From the NCBI GenBank assembly GCA_049523355.1, contig JBEKMY010000009.1, positions 3,539-67,538 of the forward strand: 64,000 nt of DNA, read 5' to 3'. The notes under the pieces are model-generated. The model did not search any database and was not told the origin of the DNA. It saw only the letters and a program-made list of their open reading frames with translations. Numbering within the stretch: position 1 is the stretch's first letter; every line of letters begins with the position of its first letter. The stretch is from Smithella sp. GTDB taxonomy: Bacteria > Desulfobacterota > Syntrophia > Syntrophales > Smithellaceae. Of the stretch, positions 1 through 8,042 are shown piece after piece. Position numbers and translations under genes: made by a program.

Positions 1-1
1 G

Positions 2-397
2 GCGACAGACGGAGATTATATCTCTTTGCAGATTTATTTAAGTACGTCTCAGGAAATTGACGCAGCCGTAAAACATTTGCGTGAAGTAATTCGCCAAAAG
101 CATAACCTGCCTGTGACGGTTGGCTATGGCCCGCGCTACCTGCATTCCACCGGCCAACTGCATAAGGGCGATTCCGGAAACGGTTTATTTATTCAATTCA
201 CACAGGACGACTCTGAGGATGTTGATATTCCCGATGATATCGGCAAGGAAGAGTCTTCTCTTACTTTCGGCGCACTCAAAGCCGCGCAGGCGAAGGGAGA
301 CTGGCAGGCGCTGATAGATAAAGGGCGCAGAATTATCCGTTTTCACTTTCAAGAAAATCCCGCCGCCGGGTTAAAAACTCTCGCCAAACTTCTTTAG
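2..397 (+). CDS. glucose-6-phosphate isomerase-type protein, C-terminal part (5' end outside window)
   Basis: Frame is open from the window edge (ATDGDYISLQIY...). Motif VGYGPRYLHSTGQLHKG resembles the C-terminal region of bacterial PGI / transaldolase-PGI enzymes. Confidence 0.5.
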   Translation, partial: ATDGDYISLQIYLSTSQEIDAAVKHLREVIRQKHNLPVTVGYGPRYLHSTGQLHKGDSGNGLFIQFTQDDSEDVDIPDDIGKEESSLTFGALKAAQAKGDWQALIDKGRRIIRFHFQENPAAGLKTLAKLL

Positions 398-445
398 CTT
401 TTCATTTTATACCAATTCTAAAGATTCGCATTCAAAATATTTATT

Positions 446-1120
446 TTATTCACTTTCCGTATTCTTCTTGATGAATGGTTTGATAATTTCAAAGAGAATT
501 ACGGTAATAAGTGTAATCAAAAGCAGAATCAGCAATGTAGTGATGAATTCTTTGTGTACCAGAAACATAATGATAAATATCTCCAGCATCAAGACCGCCG
601 TTTCGATAACCTTTTGACGTATTACTGTATCAATGAGAAATGAAAATATAATCACTTCAACCCAGCCTTCTACAATTATGCCGGAAATTATTTTTCCATC
701 CAGGAGTCCTGCAGGCAAAAATAAAATCATTAATTGAGCAAACCCAAAGGTGAAGAGTGATTCAGGAATATACGAAATGTTCACCGCCAGAAATGCCGGC
801 AGTCTGTTTCTGAGCAAGCCGCAGATAAAACCTGTCATGGCTTTGCCGAAGATTATCGCCAGACCGAAAAACGGTCCGTAAATTCCAAATACGGCGTAGT
901 GTATATAAGGATATATGGAACCGACGGCTCCTGCAATCATGCCGTAAAAAGGTCCAAAGGCTATAGCGGCAATAAAAGTGGCCAGGTGCGAGAAATCAAA
1001 AGATATCTGCGGGTGCATCGGAGTCAGGAGACTGGATAAAAAAGACAGCAGATTACCCAGCACACCCACGGCTATGGCAGCCAGCATTTTTTTCGTCTTG
1101 TCGCCTGGATTGAAAGTCAT
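446..1120 (-). CDS. multi-pass membrane protein of unknown function (possibly ECF-type substrate-capture component)
   Basis: 224-aa ORF, hydrophobic throughout with about 6 predicted helices. No recognisable catalytic motif. Confidence 0.4.
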   Translation of the reverse strand: MTFNPGDKTKKMLAAIAVGVLGNLLSFLSSLLTPMHPQISFDFSHLATFIAAIAFGPFYGMIAGAVGSIYPYIHYAVFGIYGPFFGLAIIFGKAMTGFICGLLRNRLPAFLAVNISYIPESLFTFGFAQLMILFLPAGLLDGKIISGIIVEGWVEVIIFSFLIDTVIRQKVIETAVLMLEIFIIMFLVHKEFITTLLILLLITLITVILFEIIKPFIKKNTESE

Positions 1121-1155
1121 GCAGCATCCTTTGTGAATCCTGTATTGACGTCAAC

Positions 1156-1728
1156 TTAACTAATTACCCTGAGAATTTGCGGATCATGCCGCTGGGGAGC
1201 CGCGGGAATTTCTTTCGGATAGCCGATAATAACAGGCGCGACGATCTGGCAGCCATCGGGGATTCCCAACAGGGCTTTTGTCTTGGGATCACGGATATAT
1301 GAACCCAATGCGATCCAGCAAGTTCCTAATCCCCTCGATGCCGCTGAAAACATGATGTAACTTACGGCCAGCGCGCAATCCAATTCCAGAGAATCAACCG
1401 CGGTAGAACCGATTACATAAATCAAACCGGGCGCGTTGTAAAACACATTAAAGTTTTTGTTTTTGAGCATATCGACATATCCGGGATTAAGTGCCGTTTT
1501 ATTTTTGGCAAAATCATCAAGAAGATTTTCTTTGCTTTCATCGGAGAGCGCTTTAATGGTATTTTTACAATTAACGATAGAAAACCGACAAGGTTGACCG
1601 TTGCTGGCTGAAGGCGCCAGACAAGATTCCTTGAGTATTTCTTTTATTATATCGAGTGGAACTTCTTTTTCCTGAAAATCACGGATTGCTCTTCTGTTTT
1701 TTAATAACTCTGCAAATGTCATCATCAT
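1156..1728 (-). CDS. nitroreductase family protein
   Basis: RRAIRDF...LAPSASNGQPCRF motif is typical of the FMN nitroreductase fold. Start moved to ATG 1728, 7 nt after a GGAGG. Confidence 0.8.
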   Translation of the reverse strand: MMMTFAELLKNRRAIRDFQEKEVPLDIIKEILKESCLAPSASNGQPCRFSIVNCKNTIKALSDESKENLLDDFAKNKTALNPGYVDMLKNKNFNVFYNAPGLIYVIGSTAVDSLELDCALAVSYIMFSAASRGLGTCWIALGSYIRDPKTKALLGIPDGCQIVAPVIIGYPKEIPAAPQRHDPQILRVIS

Positions 1729-1780
1729 AACGGTTCCTCCTTTTATTAATGATTTCATCTTGTAGATTATCTATCACTTA

Positions 1781-2410
1781 TCAGGGCAAAAAAACAGAGA
1801 TAATAGCTAAAATACCACGTTGAAACAAATCTATCACCGGATTAAGAAAACCTAAATACAACAACCCGATAACAATAAAAAATCCAAAAGGTTCAATTTG
1901 ATCAAGAACTTTTCTTATTGATTCCGGCGCGAAACCCATGAGAATTTTGGAACCATCAAGCGGAGGAATAGGAATTAAATTAAATGCGGCCAATATAATG
2001 TTAATCCGGGCCAGCAGAAAAAGAACTTGTTCAAGCATCCCTGAATGTTCAAGAGAAATCAGCCGTAATAATAATAGAGCGGTAAAAGCGCAAATAATAT
2101 TCGCTGTAATACCTGCTGCTGAAACGAGAATAAGCGCTTTGCGTCTTTTATCGCCGGGGATATTCCCCAGATTTATGGGAACAGGTTTTGCCCAGCCAAA
2201 ACCGATAATCAAAAGCATCAATGTCCCAATAACATCTAAATGTTTTATCGGATTGAGCGTCAATCGTCCCAGCCTTTGAGCTGTGGGATCCCCCATTTTA
2301 AAGGCAACCCAGCCGTGAGCTAATTCATGAAAGATGACTGAATATAACAGCAACACCGACAAAATTACAAAAGCCAGTGGATCTTTAATTAATAAATTTA
2401 TAAGTCCCAT
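1781..2410 (-). CDS. site-2 protease family (peptidase M50) membrane metalloprotease
   Basis: HELAHG (HExxH) in the first TM region, later LIPIPPLDGS motif, multi-TM. Confidence 0.8.
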   Translation of the reverse strand: MGLINLLIKDPLAFVILSVLLLYSVIFHELAHGWVAFKMGDPTAQRLGRLTLNPIKHLDVIGTLMLLIIGFGWAKPVPINLGNIPGDKRRKALILVSAAGITANIICAFTALLLLRLISLEHSGMLEQVLFLLARINIILAAFNLIPIPPLDGSKILMGFAPESIRKVLDQIEPFGFFIVIGLLYLGFLNPVIDLFQRGILAIISVFLP

Positions 2411-2703
2411 CGTAAAATCCTTTAAGTCAACTGAATATCACTAATATTTATCCATCATTTTCTTCTGTCTGCTTCTTACAGGATGTCCTGCTGTTGTCTT
2501 ACCTCTGTTCGTTTTACTTTCATCCGGATTTTCCGGCGTGACAGAAATTTTCTTGGGATTCTACTTCGCTTACAAGAAGCCCTTTATTCTGCCTCAGATT
2601 TTCTTCACACACCTATGCATTGGGTTTTTCCGTCAACAAAGATAGAGTTCTAACCTAAAACGCATTCCATTCATGAGAGCGCATAAAAAATATCATTACA
2701 TTG

Positions 2704-2738
2704 CAGAAAGTTTTCACCAACGTGGTGAAAACTTTCTG
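2704..2738 (-). terminator. perfect 16-bp stem / 3-nt loop hairpin downstream of the ABM gene
   Basis: cagaaagttttcacca-acg-tggtgaaaactttctg, 20 nt after the stop at 2758. The T-run on the minus strand is displaced by about 12 nt, so this is not a canonical intrinsic terminator. Confidence 0.45.
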
Positions 2739-2757
2739 TAGAATCCCAACAACATTA

Positions 2758-3042
2758 TCAGATAATCTCGTAACAGGTTTTGATATCCATGCCCGGCTCC
2801 AGCAGGGGTAAAAGACTTTCAATATTTTTCATCAAATTGGCGGAATGCAGTTTCAGGGCATCCTTATCGCTGTATTTCTCATAAAAAATAATTGTACTTT
2901 CATCGCCGCGGACAGTGTGTGGTATATACTCTATACATCCAGGCTCGCTGGCTTTAATTTTTGGAACGATCTCTTTGAGCGCGTTGATAGCGTCTTGTGT
3001 TTTTCCTTCTTTAATTTTTAAAGTCGCAATTAGTGTAATCAT
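2758..3042 (-). CDS. antibiotic-biosynthesis-monooxygenase (ABM/YgiN-like) domain protein
   Basis: About 94 aa with the pattern ...KEGK...F..A......SE.GC..Y......D......F.E.Y.D..A...H. Start ATG 3042 is preceded by AAGGAGG. Confidence 0.7.
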   Translation of the reverse strand: MITLIATLKIKEGKTQDAINALKEIVPKIKASEPGCIEYIPHTVRGDESTIIFYEKYSDKDALKLHSANLMKNIESLLPLLEPGMDIKTCYEII

Positions 3043-3294
3043 TATCTTGCCTCCTTTTGATTGAGAACTTCTTTTCTCAAGGAGGGAGTATATGAACAAG
3101 GCTCCTGTGTGTCAAAGGAATATTTATTTAAATACAGGTCGCAAAATATGCGGTACTCTGCGTGTGATCATGGAAAGCATGTATCTGTATCGGATTAAGA
3201 TTAAAAAAATATAAAAAAGAGGTCTATATTTTTCTTTGAAATATGGTAAACTTTTTAACAATAAGAAGGAAACAATTATATGTAGGGATATATT

Positions 3295-3630
3295 ATGATC
3301 GGCTACATGAAGAAGCATGAAAATTACGTAAAAGAGATGCTTGAACAAAAACTAAACGAAGAAGAATTAAGAAAGCTGCTGGCATATCACGATAAACAGA
3401 TTCTATGGATGCAACACGAAAGACTGGCGCATCTTATAGTTATGCTCTTTGTTTGTTTCTTTATGCTGCTTATTCTCGGCTTTACTGTTATACGGACATC
3501 CATGCCGTCTATTATTCTTTCCGTGATTTTCCTGATTTTATCGGTTGCTTACATTCTCCATTATTACCGTCTCGAAAACGGCGTACAAAAATGGTATTTG
3601 ATTTCAAATCAAATCAAGAAACAGCTTTAA
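3295..3630 (+). CDS. hypothetical small membrane protein
   Basis: 111-aa ORF with a charged N-terminus and two hydrophobic helices. No recognisable family. Confidence 0.4.
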   Translation: MIGYMKKHENYVKEMLEQKLNEEELRKLLAYHDKQILWMQHERLAHLIVMLFVCFFMLLILGFTVIRTSMPSIILSVIFLILSVAYILHYYRLENGVQKWYLISNQIKKQL

Positions 3631-3773
3631 TTACAATACTTGGCACAAAAGACGGTTATTAACCCACCCGCACGGGATTTTTTCTTGCCCCGCAGATATC
3701 ATTTCTAACAGTGAGCGTTGTTTTGTTGCTGCTATCGCAATACAGGAATTTGCTTTAATATGAGCATGAAATT

Positions 3774-3799
3774 ATTTCCCTGTTAATTAACAGGGAAAT
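3774..3799. terminator. perfect 26-bp palindrome between convergent genes (bidirectional terminator candidate)
   Basis: atttccctgttaa|ttaacagggaaat followed by a T-rich tract (aatttttatgtttatttttt). Confidence 0.5.
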
Positions 3800-3810
3800 A
3801 ATTTTTATGT

Positions 3811-4800
3811 TTATTTTTTAAATATATCCGTCACGCGTTCAATATCCGATCCGGCTTCCTTTACTATCCTTTCAATAAGATCTTTACACGTGGGAATATC
3901 CTTTACAAACCCGACTGATTGCCCCATCATCATGGGAGCGTTATCAACATTGCCGAATTCCCACGCTTCTTTTACTCTCTGTCCGGATATCAGCGGAATT
4001 AGTTGTTCCAAGCCCCCGCCTTTTGCCTCCACGGACAAAACTTCTTCAACAATCTTATTTTTTATCGCCCTGCCCTGCAAACCGATGGATTTACAGATAA
4101 GAGTTGTCTCATATTCCTGTCGCCGGATAAGTTCCTGTTTAATGTTATCGTGAACCTCACACTCTTGTGTAGCGACAAAACGGGTCGCCATCATAACTCC
4201 CTCGGCACCCAGAGCAAGCGCCGCCGCAAATGTACGGCCGTTGGAAACACCGCCAACAGTCACTACCGGAATCTTCACTGATTCCACAATTCGCGGAGTG
4301 AGCACCATTGTGGTTACATCATCATTAAGCGGATGACCGCCCTCTTCTATACCCGCGGCATAAATGCCGTCATAACCGGACTTCTCGGCATGCACGGCAT
4401 GACGCACCGATCCTACCTTGTGAAATAGTTTAACTCCCGCCTTCTTTAGAATATCTATGTATTCTTTTCCCACCGCCTTGTCCAGCGGCGTGCCGGATAT
4501 CTCCAGACCTGCAACCTTTTCCTCAGCGCAAACACGCAGGAACATTTTATGATGCTCGGCTGTAATATGCACTGACGGCAGAATAGTCACATTCACCATA
4601 AAGGGTTTATCGGTCAGTTTTCTTGTCAGCTCAATGGCCTCACGGAATTCTTCCTCTGTGGAATAATTTCCTGCGGTCAGGTTTCCCATACCGCCGGCGT
4701 TAGAGATAGCGGCGCAAAGCTTTGGCTTGCAAAGCCACATCATCGCGCCGCATATAATGGGATATTTTATTCCGAACATTTCTGTAATAGCTGTTTTCAT
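3811..4800 (-). CDS. nitronate monooxygenase / FabK-like FMN oxidoreductase (NMO family)
   Basis: N-terminus FGIKYPIICGAMMW...ISNAGGMG and overall TIM-barrel NMO pattern. Confidence 0.8.
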   Translation of the reverse strand: MKTAITEMFGIKYPIICGAMMWLCKPKLCAAISNAGGMGNLTAGNYSTEEEFREAIELTRKLTDKPFMVNVTILPSVHITAEHHKMFLRVCAEEKVAGLEISGTPLDKAVGKEYIDILKKAGVKLFHKVGSVRHAVHAEKSGYDGIYAAGIEEGGHPLNDDVTTMVLTPRIVESVKIPVVTVGGVSNGRTFAAALALGAEGVMMATRFVATQECEVHDNIKQELIRRQEYETTLICKSIGLQGRAIKNKIVEEVLSVEAKGGGLEQLIPLISGQRVKEAWEFGNVDNAPMMMGQSVGFVKDIPTCKDLIERIVKEAGSDIERVTDIFKK

Positions 4801-4853
4801 TTTTCTTTCACCTATATAATTTATTTTGTAATTATTGAATTTCGCAACACTAT

Positions 4854-5579
4854 TTAATCAGAGATTAACAGAGAATCAATTTTGGCTGACGACGGCATAT
4901 AGTCCGAATCCAGTACTTTAATAATGTCACTATGCAGCCTCTTTTTTAATTCACTGAAAATTCCCCGCTTCTTCTGGAAAGTTTTGGCAAAGGTTATAGC
5001 CGAGGCCATAAGATCTTCCTGATTGGTACAAGCTTTCACGATAATGTTATGTTTTTCCAGCTCAGGCGCGGTATAACGATTTCCGGAAAACTGCATCTGT
5101 GTGAATATGTGCAATGGAATTGCTTTCTTGACAAAAGCGTTCATGCCCCACCTGAAAGGAATGCCTATATTGACTTCTGGAAAGCAGAAGAAACCTTTGT
5201 CCGAGCGCATGAATCGAAAATCGCAGGCGCAGGATAATATCGAACCATTGCCGAAAGCATGGCCGTTGATCGCCGCAATGACCGGCACCGGATAAAGAAG
5301 TAGTTTTTTAAACACAATATCCATTTCGTTGATGAAATCAGTGACCGGCTGGTGATCATTTTTCTGCATCTGTCCCGTAATCCATACAACGTCTATGCCC
5401 TGAGAAAAATTCTTCTCGTCATTGGAAGTAATAATCAGGGACGATATTGATTTATCGGCAATTATTTCATCGAGCATGGCGTTTAAAGTTTTGGCAAAAA
5501 TAAGGTTTTGCCTGTTTTCACCATTGGTCATGGTAATAATCGCTACGTTTTCATCTTTGACCCAATTCATGATAGACAT
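4854..5579 (-). CDS. enoyl-CoA hydratase/isomerase (crotonase) family protein
   Basis: Crotonase pattern (...FSQGIDV..., AAINGHAFGNG..L..ACDFR). The start at MSIMNW (5579) is chosen over the ORF-track start and is tentative. Confidence 0.7.
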   Translation of the reverse strand: MSIMNWVKDENVAIITMTNGENRQNLIFAKTLNAMLDEIIADKSISSLIITSNDEKNFSQGIDVVWITGQMQKNDHQPVTDFINEMDIVFKKLLLYPVPVIAAINGHAFGNGSILSCACDFRFMRSDKGFFCFPEVNIGIPFRWGMNAFVKKAIPLHIFTQMQFSGNRYTAPELEKHNIIVKACTNQEDLMASAITFAKTFQKKRGIFSELKKRLHSDIIKVLDSDYMPSSAKIDSLLISD

Positions 5580-5894
5580 ATTCTTTATTTCCTTTCCCTT
5601 TTTCAAAATATATTTTACGGCCAGAAAGGCCACAATATCCAACGATTTCAAATATATGACAGCTATTTTCAACTATTGAAAAAGTTCAAATAAGTTGGTG
5701 GAGTATAAGAAGTCCCATCTTGTATGTCAAGAATATAATAATCGTCCGGCCTTGATATTTACTTAACAAAGTATTAGTTTACATACAATGACTCTCTGCA
5801 AAGAGTTAACTTGTAATTAATTATAATACAAAATTTAAACTCTCCAATATGATGGAAGATTCAAACAAGTTAAAGATTGAAGGAGGTATAAAAA

Positions 5895-7346
5895 ATGGCG
5901 TTAAAAACGGCCCAACAATATGAGGAAAGCCTGCGTAAAATGAATTTAAAAGTTTATTTACTGGGTGAATTGGTGAAAAATCCGGTAGATAATCCGATAA
6001 TCAGACCATCCATGAATTCCGTAAAAATGACATACTCGTTAGCTCAAGATCCCCAATATGAAGATCTAATGACTGCAAAATCCCATCTGACGGGAGAAAA
6101 GATAAACCGTTTCTGTCATTTGCATCAAAGTACTGAAGACCTGATAAAGAAAGTCAAAATGCAGCGCTTGCTGGGACAAAAAACCGGTGCCTGTTTTCAA
6201 AGATGCGTCGGAATGGATGCCATAAATGCCGTAGACAGCGTAACTTTTGAGATGGATAAAAAACTTGGCACTAAATATCATGAACGGTTCGTCAAGTTTC
6301 TTAAAATGATCCAGAAAGAAGATCTTGTTGTTGACGGCGCTATGACCGATCCCAAAGGCGATCGAGGACTTTCTCCCGGTAAGCAGGAAGATCCGGACCT
6401 CTATACGCATGTTGTGGAAAAAAGAAAAGACGGCATTATCGTGCGCGGCGCCAAAGCGCATCAGACAGGCGCAATCAATTCGCACTGGATTTTAGTCATG
6501 CCGACAATTGCAATGTCCAAAGAAGACGCCGATTACGCGGTTTCTTTTGTCGCGCCTGCCGACGCGGAGGGTATTTCCTATATCTACGGTAGACAATCCT
6601 GCGACACGCGGAAACTGGAAGGCTGTGAAATAGATGTCGGCAACAGACAGTTCGGCGGCCATGAGGCATTGATGGTTTTTGACAATTTATTCGTTCCCTG
6701 GGAAAATGTGTTTATGTGCGGGGAATACGAATTCAGCGGAGCTCTGGTAGAACGTTTTGCCGGTTATCACCGTCAGAGTTATGGCGGCTGCAAAGTCGGC
6801 GTCGGCGACGTGCTTATCGGCGCGGCGGCTCTGGCCGCTGATTACAACGGCGCATCCAAAGCTTCCCACATAAAAGACAAACTGATTGAAATGATACATC
6901 TCAATGAAACGCTTTTCTCCTGCGGAATCGCCTGTTCGGCGCAGGGACATAAAACAGATTCCGGCACTTACCTGATTGATTTACTGCTGGCCAACGTCTG
7001 CAAGCAAAATGTTACAAGATTTCCTTATGAGATCGCCAGGCTGGCGGAAGATATTGCCGGAGGAGCAATGGTTACCATGGCCTCGGAAAAGGATTTGCGT
7101 CATCCGGAAATCGGCAAATTAGTCGAAAAATATTTTAAGGGAATTGCTTCGGTACCCACGGAGAACCGCTGCCGCATTTTAAGGTTGGTGGAAAATATTA
7201 CTCTGGGCACGGCAGCTGTCGGTTATCGCACGGAATCCATGCATGGCGCAGGTTCTCCGCAGGCTCAGCGAATTATGATTTCCCGTCAGGGGAATCTGGA
7301 ACAGAAGAAGAAACTGGCTAAAGAAATCGCCGGAATTAAAGATTAG
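5895..7346 (+). CDS. abfD: 4-hydroxybutyryl-CoA dehydratase / vinylacetyl-CoA isomerase (AbfD-type, HpaB superfamily)
   Basis: 483 aa. By my count Cys100, Cys104 (CFQRC), His292 and Cys299 (YHRQSYGGC) fall at or within 1 residue of the [4Fe-4S] ligands Cys99/Cys103/His292/Cys299 of the Clostridium aminobutyricum enzyme. Confidence 0.75.
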   Translation: MALKTAQQYEESLRKMNLKVYLLGELVKNPVDNPIIRPSMNSVKMTYSLAQDPQYEDLMTAKSHLTGEKINRFCHLHQSTEDLIKKVKMQRLLGQKTGACFQRCVGMDAINAVDSVTFEMDKKLGTKYHERFVKFLKMIQKEDLVVDGAMTDPKGDRGLSPGKQEDPDLYTHVVEKRKDGIIVRGAKAHQTGAINSHWILVMPTIAMSKEDADYAVSFVAPADAEGISYIYGRQSCDTRKLEGCEIDVGNRQFGGHEALMVFDNLFVPWENVFMCGEYEFSGALVERFAGYHRQSYGGCKVGVGDVLIGAAALAADYNGASKASHIKDKLIEMIHLNETLFSCGIACSAQGHKTDSGTYLIDLLLANVCKQNVTRFPYEIARLAEDIAGGAMVTMASEKDLRHPEIGKLVEKYFKGIASVPTENRCRILRLVENITLGTAAVGYRTESMHGAGSPQAQRIMISRQGNLEQKKKLAKEIAGIKD

Positions 7347-7397
7347 TTTTGTTAAAAACTATAAGGTCGACGCGGTGTATTATTTAATTATACCCAT

Positions 7398-7490
7398 TTG
7401 CAGTCAGAAGTATACCGCGGCGGCAAGAAGGAGGCTCCGGAGGCGTATTGATAATACGTCGAGGAAGCCGGCGACGCAGCCAACAAAGAC
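7398..7490 (+). repeat. MITE-like intergenic repeat, copy A
   Basis: Shares ...gaggcgta...gtcgaggaagccggcgac..gccaacaaag with the reverse complement of copies at 20603 and 22549, and the gaggcgta core with copies at 45872 and 58467. Confidence 0.6.
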
Positions 7491-7584
7491 AGACGATTGA
7501 CCGGAAGCGCATCCCGCAGGGGAGCGCATAATAAATCAAAAATAGACCTTACCGGTAATTACCGTCTGCAAGGTGGTAACTTAC

Positions 7585-7884
7585 ATGCAAATTGGTATCT
7601 GTGTAAAATATTGCGGCGGCTGTAATCCAATTATTGACAGAGCAAAACTGGTTCAGGAAATCAAAAAATTACTTTCACCAGAATTCATTCTGTCAGATGG
7701 CCAAACGCAAGAACAACGGGATATCGGCATTCTTGTTTGCGGCTGCCTGACGGCCTGTGCGGATAAACCGGCTTTGAAGAATTCCGCCGTCAAATGGATT
7801 TTAGTTGCCGGTCATTCCGTTGACCATAATAATGTTCCGGAAAAAGAATTGGCTAATATTGTCTTAGTCAAACTCAGGCAATAA
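7585..7884 (+). CDS. small Cys-rich protein (CGGC motif), function unknown
   Basis: MQIGICVKYCGGCNP...LVCGCLTACADKP. ATG 7585 is preceded by AAGGTGG. Confidence 0.5.
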   Translation: MQIGICVKYCGGCNPIIDRAKLVQEIKKLLSPEFILSDGQTQEQRDIGILVCGCLTACADKPALKNSAVKWILVAGHSVDHNNVPEKELANIVLVKLRQ

Positions 7885-8042
7885 ATCTCTCCATTGTAAA
7901 ATTTTCTTCCTGCGCAACCGGTTGGCACCATATGTTGCGCTGGAGTTTTGTCACTTTTTTATTATTTACGATTGATGCGAGCGTACTCGATGGATATAAT
8001 GTTTTGTTTTATTCAGAAAGAAGTGCTTGTTGAGTTTACCGG

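Noticed and set aside
7920-7936. Sigma-54-like element ttGGCACcatatgtTGCg
   Set aside because: The GG-to-GC spacing is 11 nt rather than the strict 10 nt. No credible plus-strand gene lies downstream, because the next ORF is a shadow of the Sel1 gene.
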